A DNA stretch of 64,000 nucleotides from Geosiphon pyriformis uo1 (Eukaryota; Fungi; Glomeromycota). Shown here in pieces: positions 22,358 through 36,400 of the stretch. Position 1 is the stretch's first letter. Every line of letters starts with the position of its first letter. The DNA lies in contig JAAOMT010000198.1 in the NCBI GenBank assembly GCA_016748015.1, forward strand, positions 108,797-172,796, read 5' to 3'. The notes below the pieces were generated by a model that saw nothing but the letters and a program-made list of their open reading frames with translations, did not search any database and had not been told where the DNA came from. The position numbers and the translations under genes are program-made.

Positions 22358-24179
22358 ACCAGTTAATATGGCAGAAGAAGAGGTTATTAACAAAAAAGAA
22401 ATTATCTCCATTCATCAACCAATCTCTATTTCATCATATAACAGGTTCATAGTCAAAATAGAAAAAAAAGTGAAGGATCAAGTTCAGATTTTTGAGGCGA
22501 AAACAAAACTTTGCAAATCAAAAAAAATTGGATTAGTCAATTTACACATACCAGCCAAGAACCACAGTTATATTAAAATTTCTATTTACAACAACATGAA
22601 AGATATCATCAAGATATCAGAAAGAACTATTATTAGATATTTAACCATTGAAATTGAAAATCAACTGCCAGACACCATTCCAGATTTTTCACAACTGTGT
22701 AAATATGTAGATATTACATCACAAACCATTTATGGACAAAACAAATGTTATCTGTTACAGCCAGAACAATTGGAACAGATAAACATGGGAAATCTAGACC
22801 CACTTTAATAGATGCAACTCAAGATGTTACTTAACAATTTCAATAATATCTTTATCAGCAAAAATGAATTTGGCAGAACTGATATAATCCAGCACCAGAT
22901 CAAGACTGGAGATGCAATGCTAATTAAACAAAAAGCATATAGAGTATCACCAGTCAGCCATAAGATTATTTGTCAAAAAATCAATCGGATGCTTGACAAT
23001 AAGTTAATTCAATCATTAATAAGTCTATGGTTATTACCAGTAGTACTAGTCCAAAAGAAAAATGGGAAGATTTGTTTTTGTGTGGATTATAAAAAACTCA
23101 ATAGTGTTACTTGTGGAAACAATTATCCAACTCCATAGATCCAGGAATTATTTGACACTTTTGGTGGAAATAAATGGTTCTTAATATTGGATCTGAATAA
23201 TAATTACTAGCAAATAGCCATGGATCCAACTGACAAAGAAAAAATGGCATTTACTACAAGAGAAGGAAACTTTGAGTTTGAAGTCATGCCATTTAGATTG
23301 ATGAATACACCAGCCACATTCCAACAACTAATAGAAATTGTTTATACTAGACTATTGTGGAAGTCAGTAGTTATATACTTGGATGATACAAATGTGTTTT
23401 TAAAAACATTCAATGATCATCTATATTATCTTCAATAAGTGTTTGAAAGACTAAGAAGAGCTGGATTAAAACTGAATGCAATCAAATGTTTCTTTGAAAA
23501 AATAGAACTCAAGTTTTTGGGACATGTTGTAAGCAAAAACGGTATCAAAATGGATCCAGACAAGATTAAAGTAGTCAAAAACTTTCCAGTACCAAACAAC
23601 TTAACTGAACCAAGAGCATTTTTGGGATTTGCTGAATACTACCACCACTTTATTAAAGATTTTTCCAAAATAGCTCAATTACTGCACCAGCTTCAAACAA
23701 AGAACACCAAATATGAATGGACAAAAACTCAGCAAAAAGCTTTTGATACATTAAGAAGAAAGCTTATCTAAGCTTCAGTACTAATTTATCTGGATCATAG
23801 CAAGTCATTTATAATCACAACCAATGTGTTAGGTCAAGCATTAGAAGCAGTACTATCACAGAAGGGACCAGATGGAAAAGAACATCCAGTAGTATATGCC
23901 AGCCAAAGTTTGAGCCCAGTGGAAAAGAACTATAGAACACCAGCACTAGAACACTTAGCTATTTACTGGACAGTAATAAAATAAAAAAAATACTTGAACC
24001 AGAAATTTGACATTTATACAGACCATAAAGGATTAACTTTAATCCAGAAGCAGAAATTTGGAGATGATTACTATGCTCAATGGAAAATAGAACTTGTATT
24101 ATACAAATATACAGTATATTATAAAAAGGGAAAAGAAAACAGAAATGCTGATGGGTTGTTGCAAATAAGACAAATCTAA
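22358..24179 (+). pseudogene. pol: Post-dUTPase linker, RT and RNase H of C
   Basis: CVDYKKLN, MPFRL, YLDD, FLGHVV, TDHKGL, NADGL. Confidence 0.92.
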
Positions 24180-24209
24180 AAACATTTCAACCCAAAAACA
24201 TAACAAAAG

Positions 24210-25586
24210 ATGAATATCCAAAAATATCAACAATTTCAACATTATATAAATATCCAATTGTTCAAGGAGAAATTATCTCAAAAGAAACAAAACAACATAA
24301 AACAGCAATCAAAATATTTTATTTATCATCAAAATATATTGTACCAAAAAAACAGAAGAAATCCAGACCAGCCAACAAAAGTAATTACAAAACCAGAAAA
24401 AGAAACAATATTGTTTAACATACACTCAGATCCAACAGTAGGACACTTTCATAAAGAAGCAACTATGGAAAAAACTAAAAAAAGATACTATTGATTATTA
24501 ATATATCCAAACATTATCCAATATGTTCAGAATTGTGATGCTTGTCAGAGAAAAGGAGGAGCAAAACCAAGTGAATTGTTAAGACCAATCAAAGTAGAAC
24601 AACTATTCAATCAAATTGGAATTAATCTAGTTAGACTATTAACAATAACTAGCAAAAACAACAGATATATTGCAGTAGCCATGAATTATCTTACTAAATG
24701 GCCAGAAACAAAAGCCATTCAAAAAGCAGATGCAAAATCCATTGCTAAATTTATTCATTAAGACTTGATCTGTTGACACAGATGTCTAAAAGAACTACTA
24801 TCAGATCAAGAAACTCACTTTGTGAACAGAACATTGACAAAATTAAGTCAAAGATTTGGAATAAAAAAACTATTATTATTACTATATCATCTACAAACAA
24901 ATGGGTTAGTTGAAAGATTTAACAGAACATTATGTGAAGCAATCACCAAAATCAGTTAAGAAAACTAAGACAAATAAGACTTGTTTATATCATCAGTATT
25001 ATTGGCTTATCAGACAATAAAACAAGACACTACACAAGCAACACCATTCAAATTAGTATATGGTAAAACAGCAATATTATCAGTTGAGATAGAAGTTAAC
25101 ACTTATCCAACAGAAACAATAACTGAAGACAATTTCCAGAAAACATTGCTAAGAAGAACATATGACTTAATAGAGACACTAGAAAACAAACAGCAAAGAG
25201 CAGCTAATAACATCCAAAAGTCACAAGAGAAACAAAAAGAAAGACATAATAACCAACTACCAGATAAACCAGTTGAATTCAGAATTGAAGACAAAGTACT
25301 TTTACATCATACCAAAGTAAAAAAAAAATGGAGTGGAAAATTTGACCCCAAATGGGATGGACCATTTCACATAGAAAAAATTCTTGGAAATAAAGCTTAT
25401 AAATTAAGATGGAACAACAAAATTTTAGCCAAAGCAGCACATAGTAATCGACTGAAACCATATCATCATATAGTATCACCATCCATCAGTAATATTCCAC
25501 AATTAAGAGTACAGCAAATACTAGTCCAACTAGATGAGATTCCACGAAATCTGGAACCAATTATAATTATTGAACCAAACACATAA
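24210..25586 (+). pseudogene. int: Integrase of C
   Basis: IHSDPTVGH, YLTKWPE, WDGPF, C-terminal LEPIIII. Confidence 0.9.
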
Positions 25587-25617
25587 AATTGAACAATAAA
25601 AAAGAGTATATAAAAAC

Positions 25618-26286
25618 ATGATAGATACAATGAAAAACTCCAAAAAAATGGAAATCACTGACAATATCCACTCACTAGCATAACAACTCTTCTAACTGAT
25701 TTAACAACAGAATATAAAAATTACTATCAATCAACAAACCATTTGATACCAAGATACCAGAAAGAGACCCAAATACAAAAGTCAAAAAAAAACAGAAAAC
25801 ACTATCAACAAAATGATTTTGAAAATAAAATTAACAATAGAAGAACCAATAAGTGTCACCACATATCAAGAGTTAACCAAAGAAACTTGGAAATGGTGAA
25901 TACATGAGTTTCCAAAGAACTTTTGTTATTTCTACTTGGGACAACACTTGAACATTCAGAACTTATACACAGATAAAACAAAACGATTATTTGATACAAC
26001 AATACTACAACAACTGAAACAATTTGTAAGAAAAAACAATTTGATTACACAAGCAAGAGCCATTTATTGGCTACATACTGGATTTCAAAACAGACTGAAA
26101 ATCTTACTTAATCCAGAAATGGACTCTATTACAGTTAACCAAATGGAAAAAATAATCAACACCCAATTTAAAAAGTTATAAAACAAGATAACTCAAGTAA
26201 TTTTTGAAAAAGAAGTTCAAGAAATACTCAAAGATGGGAAATTAGAGTTAGGAGATTTGGGAGATCTTGACGGAACTCAATATTAA
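25618..26286 (+). pseudogene. Post-integrase ORF3 of C
   Basis: FPKNFCYFLLGQHLNIQNLY...ARAIYWLH...ITVNQMEKI...DLDGTQY*. Start approximate. Confidence 0.7.
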
Positions 26287-26300
26287 AAAGGAAGAAATAA

Positions 26301-27123
26301 TGTTACTTATAAAATATAGGAAGTATATTAGCATATAAAATTAGCCAATTAGAAATAGCCATAGTAAATGTGGAATTCTAAGATTCCAGGAATTTCAGGA
26401 TTCTTGTATAAGAAATCGCAGAATTCCAGAATTCCTCTTAAAAAAAATTGCAAGATTTCAGGAATTCTAGGATTCCTAGTGTAAAAAATTAAGAAATTGA
26501 GAAATCTTAATTATGTATATATAGAGGTAGCATTAGAAATAGAAAAAACAGACCTCTTAGTTTAGATCTGATCTAAGCAATCTTCCACATCACAAATATT
26601 AATAAATAATTATTCATTATCTCAATCTACTTTCTACTATTAACACTTCATGTTGATAGTAATTCATACTTAATCACATTGGAACAATAGCTCTTAATCA
26701 TGGCTATTGATGGGATACTAACTTGTAAAATTACCTTGGCTTATTTTTTTTATTTTCTTTGTTTTCTGTTATTTTTTATTATTATTTCTTTTGTTGTTTA
26801 CTAAATTGATTAAGAATTAAGCACTAAATTATTAACATCAAGAATTGCCTGGTAAAAAACTCCTGCAAGTGAGTAAAGCACATAAAAGAATTACAAATTA
26901 CTTACTAGAAGATTGCTGACCACCAAGCCAAGAAAAAAATTGATAGAATTGCAATTCCAAGAAACTACTAAAAACAACTATTGAATCTTTGTTCATTGTA
27001 CAAAGAACTCAACCAAAATCTTCAGATACAAACCATCTTTAGTAATCAAAATTATTATATTAATTGAGTACCAAGTTATGGATTTGTTATTTGCTTTGAG
27101 ACCCCAAATAATCACCTGTAACA
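26301..27123 (+). repeat. 3' LTR of C
   Basis: Follows a purine tract. TGTTA...TAACA. GGAATTC/GGATTC array at ~26370-26505. Confidence 0.88.
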
Positions 27124-30100
27124 ATATTAAGAAAAATGTTTTTATTTTTCATTCTGCTGTTTTTGATAACAAGTTTTGGGCACAGGTAGTCAAACTTGCT
27201 TCTTTTTTCAGTAGTTTTTATATCAGTTCTGATTATGGTTCTGGTTTTTTTTTTCTGATGTCTCAAATAATATGAAAAGCACACTAGCTGTTTAAGATAG
27301 TTCCTTAATTTGTGATTGTCTGGCTTTTCTAAAATGTTCCTTAGAGCTTTTAGTTAATTAGATTTTAAGTATTGTGAAAAAGCTAAACATGATTGACCTG
27401 GTGCTCCCAGCTTCTATTTTTCGACTTTTATCTTCTACTGTGGTTGTGTCTTTAAGTTCAGATTTGGATTTGAATATGGTTTTGGATGTTTTACAAATGT
27501 CTCTAATGGTCTCTTTTTCAGTTGTAAAAAATACACCTATGACTTTGGGTTTGAGTAGTTTGAAAATTTTAACCATTAAGGTGAGCAGTTTGGAGTCAAA
27601 ATTGGTGGCTTTTAAGATTTCTGTTAGTTTTGTTTTAGAAAAGTTAGATCAATTGTGTACTGGTTCAGATTTTTTAATATATTTTTTATTCCAATAAGTA
27701 ATTTGATATGAAAGATTGCTACATGTAATATTTGTGGCATTAATGTTCTGGCAAAGCAAAAAAATATGGTATACTGGCATATTGGTTCTGGTAATATGAT
27801 ATTTATTATTACTAAAATAAAATTAAAGTCTAGCATTAAGCCATAAATTATAAACAAATTTAAAGGGATCAGAATTTTTATTTCTGGTTTGGATAAAAGT
27901 TTTCTTGGTACTAGGGTAGTCATTATTGTGAACAATTCTCTGGCTTAGCATGTAACTAAAGTAAAAAAAATTCTTAATAGATTTATTTCAGTTAGACTTT
28001 TGTTTAAAGAGAAGTTGTCAGTCATAGTTTTAGATTTGTATGCTGGAACTTCCATTAAAACAAGGTTTAATTAGGCACCAGTTATTAATTTTTTTATTAC
28101 CAAGACAATCAACTTCAGTACTTTTATGGTGTTAGATAAGGATTTCAATGAGGATAGTACAAAAAAGAATACAAGCTTCAAGTTTTGTGTAGATCTAAGA
28201 TTAGTTAACTCGTTTTATGAACATTTTTTGATCAAGACTTTTATTTGGAACAATTTTAGGGGTGTGGAAAAAGTCATTAATTTCATTTTTGTAAGCCAAA
28301 ATCTGGTATCTATTGTTGTTAATTACAGAATTGATTTTGCATCTGAGTTTTTTAACACCAATCACAAAGTGGTTTTAATTGTGGTTGGTCTGAATGGTCT
28401 TTTAAATATTTATTTTAATAATGTGTGCAAACAAGTTAATAAAAATAAGTGGAAATTCAGAATTAAAAATGCTAATATCAATAAATGGTCATGTTTTAAG
28501 GAGTGTTTTTTGGATTTGTTTTTGGGAAAGAAAGTAGATTTCAATAGTACTAAAAATAGTGGTGATTTGAACTCAATGTAAAAGATCTTTAAGAAAGTAA
28601 TGGTAAGTTTTACTGATAAGGTGTTTTCTAGGCTGTGGTTTTTTGAGTTTAATGGTTTGAAAAATATGCAGTCTTTGAAGTTTTTTAAACTGGAATTGTT
28701 AGTGGCCAAGTTTATAAGGAGTATCAATTTGAATTAGGCTATGTGGACTAGTTGTCTTATTAATGTCTGAGTTGTTATTAACAAAAAAAAAGCTATTAAA
28801 ATTTATGCTATGATTAGTATTGGTGTTAGTTCTGGAAAAATCTTATGTTATTTGTTAAATATTAAGAAAAAATATCACAAATCCAAATATTATAAATTCA
28901 AGTCTATCAGGAATGATATTATTAAAAGATCTATAGACAAACACATAAAAAATTTTTGTTTTAATAAAAGAAAAATGATCAAAAATATCTTAAATCAGCC
29001 ATTTTAGAAGATGATTCTTGATTACTTAGTGGTTAATAATGAGCTGGTTCTAAAGCCACAGATGGTTAAATCTTTAATCAACACTATTATAAAAAGATGG
29101 ACAAAGAAACATGCTGTGCCAAATACTTTGTCTAGTCATTAATTTAGTTAATATGCTCCTTTAAGCCACATTAATAATAAAGTCTTTTTATGTATTATGT
29201 ATAAAATTAAGTTTAATAAGTTTTGGCAGGTTATTAGGAATTTGCCTAATAGAAAAGCTGCTGGTCTATTTAGTATTCTGAATAAGCTCTGAAAGAATAA
29301 TAATAAGCAGATTTTGGGTGGTTTGTTGGACATTCTAAATGAGTATTTGGTATTGAATATTGTTTTTAAACAATAAAAGAAGACCTGAGTTTCTATAATA
29401 CTAAAACTATATGATTGAAAAAAGACTCTAATAAATACCAAACTAATAGTCTTAATTGAAACAGTCTGTAAGATCCTGTCCAAAATTTTCTTGAATAAAA
29501 TTTTCTTAACTTATAGTAAGTTTAATGTTTTGCATGATGATAACTTTTTAGTATTAAAGAGCACATCTATTCAATCTCCTATTTTTGCTGTTGGCTCTGT
29601 TATTAAAGATGTATTAAAAAAAAGCTGTAAATTATGACTGGTTTTATGGAATATGCACAAAATATATGATTTAGTTGGTTGGTTTTATCTGAAAAACAGT
29701 CTGATTAGAATCAAAATATGTCTCTATTTTATTAAGTTTTTTGAAACTATATACAATGGACAGTTCAATTATGTAATAACAGATTTTGGACTTACTAATA
29801 GATATATTATTCATAATAGTCTGAATTAGAGTGAAGTTTTCTCACCTTTTTTGTGGAAAATTTTTTATGATCTAATGCTTTGTGAAATTAAGAGACATAA
29901 AAGTTTGTATAGATATAAATTGAATTTGAAGTTTTTTACATAAACTGGCAGACAAAATCAAAAGAGTGGCTTAACTTCTTTTCTTGCTGCAGAAGCTTTT
30001 ATAAATAATACTATTTGGATTGGAAATAACATGTTTACTATTCAACATATTTTAGATTTAGCTAGCAAGTTTTTTAATATTAATAATATTTTAATTAATA

Positions 30101-32507
30101 TAAATAAAACAGTAGTCATACCTATTAATTAAAGAGTAGGGATTCCTTAGTTGCTAATAAGTAGGTTTTATATCTTAATTGTCAAAAAGAGTGAATCTTA
30201 TAGATACTTGAATATTTTTTTGTTTATTAATGATTTTTTAAGGCCCAGTCTTGCTAAAGCTCAGTCTAACATTAGGTTTTTTGTGAATTTGGTATTAAAG
30301 AAAACAGTATCTAACAAACAATTTTTATATTTAGTGTCCACTGTTTTGTAGCCAATAATTAGTTACAGATTACAATTTAGTTATGTTTCTGTAAGTATGT
30401 GTAAAAAGTGAAACAAGTTACTGAGGAAAAGGCTGAAGCTAAAAACCAATTTGCCTAAGGATTTTTCCAATAAGACTATTTTTTATTCAGAATTGTATGG
30501 TCTTAAAACTTTTAGACAAATGCTGACTGAAAACTCTTTGGCAAATTTGGTGAATTTTGCCAATTCAAAAAGCATTCTCAATAGATTGTTTGAATATAAA
30601 ACTATGGATCTGCAGGCCATCAATTGGATGCTTTGACAATCTCTTAGTTTTCTAATCACATTATTAATCAATTCTGTAAACTATTTCTTAGCTGATATAA
30701 TCAACACTTTGGTGTTATGTAAGCTTTTATTGGGCATTAATCTGCCAAATGTTTTTCAAGTTGGTAATAGTATTACTGTTGCTAACATATTATGCTTGGA
30801 GCATTATTTGAATGTTGTAAGTGTTTTGAAAAAGTTTTGTATTATTTTTGTAAACCAGCTTTTGAATTGTTGGAGTGTGTTTTATGTGAAGTAATTTTTA
30901 CAAATAAAAGAAGTTAGATCTTAGGGAACTAGTTCTCAGTTGGTTTAATCTAATAGTCAAATTTATTAGAAATGGCAGTTTGATTAATGATTGCACTTTT
31001 GCTTTTAGTCTTGCTTCTGGCTATTGTTTAAGCAATTTTAAATCTGTTGGCAACTATTTTTTGGGATGTGAATCTAATAGTGTGGTTGTTTATATAGATA
31101 GTTCAGTTAAGAGTTTGAGTATTATAGATGTTTACAGTGATGCTGCTGCCTACTTTTTGGGCATTGATACTGGTGTTAGTGTTAAAGTGTATGGTTTGTT
31201 TTCTTTAACTATAGTAAAAATATATGCTATTGTACTTGTATTGAAGTGTATTCCAGTTTCCAGCTTTGTTAATGTGTTCACAGACAGTCAGATATTATTA
31301 AACATGTGTTTATTATTTGAGAGTAAAGTGATCCTGAATTTTTATAATAAATATTAAATAAAAAAAGTGTGTATCTGTAAAACCATTATGTCTAAGAAAT
31401 TGTTGGTCTATTAACACAAAATAAAAAGCCACTCTGAAATTATAAGTAATGAGTGTGCTGACTCTTTGGCTAATGCTGTCATTGAGTTTAATCTTACATT
31501 GCTAATTGGTGTTTCTTGTCACTTTTTTTTTATTAAAGACAGACTTGTATCTGAGAACACTTATTATTTTACTAGGTGTCTTTTTAATGTTATAAATTTT
31601 GTTAGAATTTCAAGTATGCAATTGGTGCTGTGGATAATACACTGTGTAACTTTTTTGATGTAAGTAAGACATTTTGTGTATGGCATCCTAATAATTAGTT
31701 TTGTGCTGGTTTTACCAGCTCTGTCTTTGTATTGCTTCAATTTTACTTCATAAAAGCTCTCTATTACTGTTTATCTGTGGCCAAAAAAAAATGTCAGTAT
31801 GATTTAAGCTATTCTAACATGCTATGTATTTGATGTAAACTGGTTAAGAACTTTGACCACACATTTTTTTGTGCTTACAATATTAGCACTAAAGAGAATT
31901 TAATTTTGGTAACTATTAAAACATATATTGATTTGCTGAGTAATAATACCACTAATAATATAATAGTCCAATTCTTATATAAGACTGGATTTTCAGATTA
32001 TTTGTATATAGCACTTGTCAAAAACTTTATAATAAAGACATAAGTGACTAATGCAATATGGCTTATGGATGGTGGTTCTAATAATATTAATTTTGTTATC
32101 AAACTAATTTGGATTTTGTCAAGAGTTACAGGTTTGTTATATAGTTGTTAACTGTTAAGTTGAGATTATATTATGAGAAGTATAGTTTTTTGCCACATGA
32201 TAGATCTAAAATACTGGCCATATTTGGTTTGACTTTTATTTGGTCTTATAATATAATTTTTGATTTTAGTATTAGACTGAGTATTCATGTTTGTTTTAGT
32301 TTGTATTTATGTTTGATTAATGTTTGTTTTGGCTTTTTGTATGATGTTTCTGTTGTTGATAGTTTTAGTGCTTAGTGTTGCCTTAATTGGCCCAAATAGC
32401 TAATTATGTATGGGAAAATATATAAACCATGCTTAATATAGGAGTTTATATGTGGTAATAGTTAAACCTCATTTATTAATCATTTAATAAAAAATAAAAA
32501 ATAAAAA
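27124..32507 (+). mobile_element. Decayed LINE (ORF1 end, APE-RT-RNaseH relic, A-rich tail)
   Basis: Collinear with the 34301-41209 LINE: KFWAQVV, IATCNI, DKDFNED, YIDSSV. Confidence 0.88.
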
Positions 32508-32643
32508 CTTTTAAATTAATTAAAATAATTATTAATAAAACTATAAAATTTATTTGTTTATTAATAATAAAACACAATATATATATATATATATATATAT
32601 AATTGTAAAATTAAGAACAAAATTTAAAAAAAATATAAAATAA

Positions 32644-34290
32644 TTTTTTTTATTGCTTTAATTAATTATTAATTATTTTAAAATAATTATAATTCATATG
32701 TTTTTTATATATAATTAGCTATTTAAGTCAGTTAAAATTAAATTAAACTAAATTAAAAAAATTAAAAGTAAATTCAACTTATTAAATTTATTAATATATT
32801 TATTTAAATTTTAACTATTAAAATAAACTTATTTAAAAACAATTTGGTTTTTTTATATTAGTTCTTATATTAAAATTATTTATTAATTATTATAATATTA
32901 AATAATTAAAAGTCTAATTACTTAAAAAAAATGTTTTAATAATATTTAGCTTATTATTATTTGATATATTAAAATTTATTTTAATTATAAAAAAAACAAA
33001 GTTTTTAAACAAACCAGTTAAAATTACAGCAAAATTAAAAATAATATTATTTATTCTAATTATATTAACTTTTATTACATAATTTTATAATTATTTACAA
33101 CCAAAAAAGAGATAATTAAAACAACTAAAAATTTATTTGATTTAATAACAAATTTTATCAATATAATTAAATTGAAAATTTAAGATTTCAAGAAATTTAA
33201 TTTAAATCTAACTACAAAATTAATAATAATAACAACAAAAATAATAAAAAATACAATAAAAAAAAAATTAATAAAACAAAATCATTAATTTAATATTAAT
33301 AAATTAAAAATTAAAAACTTTGAAATTACCAATAGACTTAAATAAAAATCTAAAAAAAAACATATAATTTACATCCAAATAATTCAAGCTTTAATATTTA
33401 AAATAATATTAATAATTTACTTTTTTAAAATATTAATTTTAATAATAATAATATTCAAATTTTTTTTAAAACCAAAAGTAACAATTATATATTTTAAATA
33501 ATAAATAAAATTAAAAAAACAGAAAATAAACCATGAATAAATACCAATTTAAAAAATTATATTATTAATTTTAAAAACTATATAACCAAAAAAAAATTAA
33601 TTAATTTAGTCTTAAAAATATTTTATAAAATATTAATCTTTTTTTAATTTAATAAAAAAAATTTTAATATATTCTTTTTTTATTAGTATAAATTAACAAA
33701 TAAAAATAATAACAACAAAAATTTTTTTTTTAAAATAAACAATAGTATATTGCTATAAATTAACAAACTTTAATTTAACAAAAAAATATTATTAAAAACA
33801 CTTAGAGTATTTTTAATATTATTAAAAAACATATTAAAAAACGTTATAAAAGACAACAAAATAAAATAAAATAAAAGTTATTACAAAAGACTTTATAATT
33901 TTAAAAATAATTAAAAAACCAAAATTTTCAATATTAATTTTGATAATAGTATTTAAAAAGACTTAAAATATAAAATTTACACAAAACAATTTAATATTAT
34001 TGTTTAAAATTAATTTTAACTTAATAAATCTAAATAATAACTAAAATTAAAACTTAATAAAAACCAATTTAATTTTAAATATAATATTAAACACCAAAAT
34101 AAAAACTATTTATTTGGCAAATTTTTAATAACTAAAAATAGTTTTCTAAGAATTATTAAAAACAATACTACTAAAAACCAAAAAAAAGATAAATTTAGTT
34201 TTTATTTAATTAATTTAATTTTTAAAATCAAATAATTTAATAAAATTATTAACAATAAATATATATAAAAACATAACTTGTTTATTTTTA
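32644..34290 (-). mobile_element. Possible extremely decayed LINE 3' end, tail-to-tail with the previous LINE
   Basis: T-run at 32644-32651. Segment 32708-32730 is an inverted match to LINE 3' UTR 32388-32410. The remainder is nearly pure A/T. Confidence 0.35.
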
Positions 34291-34441
34291 AAACCAATAA
34301 AAAAAAAACAAAAAAATTCTTTCTTTTGTTAATCCCCTAACCATAACGAGAGCATAAAATAGTCAAAGAAATATCTTTCTTTTCCCTTATTCCCTTCTGT
34401 TCCCTTCAGTTATTTCTTTATATACACCTCTGTTCGTGACA

Positions 34442-36400
34442 ATGGATCCAGTAGGCTCTTCTGCTAGTGGGTCAGCATCTGGTTCGGCTGGTATGGGGAC
34501 CTGTTCTGGCACTAAAAAAAAAGTGCGCGTTGAAAGTGTTTACGCTCATGGTCCATCTTACAAGAAAGCAAAGAACCTGATGATTCTGGTGTTGTTGTGG
34601 ATTTGTCGGCTGGCCCTCTGCCTGTGAACATGCTACATAGTAGCGTTGATGACCGAAAGAAATCTTGGGGTAGTGAAATGAACAGCGAGGAATCAAGTGT
34701 TGGCAGGACTTCTGACATTGAGAACATAAAGGACATGATTGTGGAAGAAACAAGCTATGTCGATTCCGACACTTCCGGAGATGACGAACTAATGGGTAAT
34801 GCTACGCCAAAGGGTTTGAGAACGAGAACATACGTATTTGAACACCTGCCTAAGCAGCCTTTTTTCATTGATGTGGGTGGTGCTGGTGACGTTTTGAAGC
34901 TCCCTCTTCGCACGTTCAATGGATCCAATCAGTTGCTGCCAGTCGCGTCACATGATCGGGAGATTCGGAGTTTTATTTCGGTGAAATCTTTTGCATTAGA
35001 TATTAAACTTTTTGCTGTTCCTGGGAAAACTGTTAGTGATAAGTTGATTTGTGTGAAAAAAATTTTTTATTAAGTTGATGGTTTTGGGGGGGCTTCAACT
35101 TCCTCAAAATTTCCAGGAATAATAAGGTCATCATTTACATCTGAAAAAAGTTTGATTAAGGCAAGAAAAATGGCAATCAGTGAAAAAATTTTGGTAAATG
35201 ATGATCTAAGAAAAGTAAACAGCCATTCAGATTGGAAGGTGATCGTCAAGGAAATCCCAGTGGATCTTCCCAAATCGGTGATTGAGACAGTGTTCTCCAA
35301 GTTTGGCAAGATTATTTCAATCAAAGTACAGCTTATTGGTCTTTGGCAAAAGGCTCTAGTGGAATATGAATCATCTGAGGTAGCTGATTTGGTCACGGCT
35401 AAATGGTCTGTGCTCATGGGAAAAGATTCTGTTCGCGTGGCAAAGGCAAGTGTTGATAAACAAACATGAGTATCTAGAGATCAGCATCAGGCGTTGTTTT
35501 ATACTTTTCCAGTTGGCACCACTGCCCATGATTTGTCTGCATTGGTGGAGGCCTATAGTGAGAAAACTTGTTTTATTGGCCGTAATCCTTTTTCATATGT
35601 TCGTAATCAATGTGCTGTAATTTGTTTTGAAAGTGAGGCATCCAAGTTGGCTGCTATTGATTCGGTTCCAGTTTTCAAAGGTGTGGGCTTGTGTTGGGCT
35701 GGTCTTTCTTTGGCCAGTTGCGCTCATTGCAAACTGTTTGGTCATACTGCTGTTGATTGCTCTGTGGGTAGGAGGTCTGGGGGTCGTGGGAAACGTGCGG
35801 CAACTTCTCAGGATAGGGTATGGTTGGCCAATATTTATAGGAAGAAGCAGGCACCAATTGTCCGCCCAGTTTCTTTTGGTGGAAAGACATGGGCCCAAGT
35901 GGTGGGCAGCTCTCTCTCTCATGTTGTCTCTTCAGGTGCTCCTGGTGTTGGTTTGATCTCTGGTTCGAAGGCTTTCTCAATGGATTCCTCCTTGTCTGGT
36001 GCTGCTGATCTAGGTGGTTGCCTAGCTGTGCTGGAATGCTCCGTGGAAATTCTCTCGGACCAAGTCTTACTCATTTTAAAGAAATTAAGTTTTGTTGACT
36101 TGGTGTTATTGGCACCCTCTCACTCAGCTCTTCCTTTGGTGTCTCCAACTGCCATTGTTTCAGATATGGACTCTAGGTTTGGCTTTGGATAGTACGTTGT
36201 TATCGTCTGCCTCTTCTCCTTCCAATGTTGGTGAGTCAATTATTGATTTCAGTCCGAGCAGTTCTAAGGTTTTGACTGCCAAGATTGGCAGTTTGGAGTC
36301 GAATATGGTGGCTCTTGAGGCTTCAGTTCACTCAGTTTTGGATAGATTGGATCATCTGCATTCTGGATTGGGTTCATTGGCTTTTCCTCCATCTCAATGA
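34442..36400 (+). pseudogene. LINE ORF1 (RRM-like region, CCHC knuckle)
   Basis: VIVKEIPVDL...FSKFGKIISIKV and CAHCKLFGHTAVDC. Contains stops and frameshifts. Confidence 0.85.

Larger units (their letters stand above)
9814..27123 (+). mobile_element. Ty3/Gypsy family C, 5'-truncated and split by element D
   Basis: The dUTPase frame GSTSKIDV (to 11160) resumes as VPVNMAEEE after 22353. RT, RNase H, IN, ORF3, PPT and LTR 26301-27123 follow. Confidence 0.9.

Noticed and set aside
25380-25586. Chromodomain at the integrase C-terminus
   Set aside because: IN ends shortly after the GPF module with an EPIIII tail. No chromodomain aromatic pattern is visible.
32577-32601. (AT)n run
   Set aside because: An ordinary microsatellite.
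35593-35980. Overlapping antisense and alternate-frame ORFs in the LINE and Gypsy coding regions
   Set aside because: These are shadow ORFs from strand-skewed composition and show no domain motifs.
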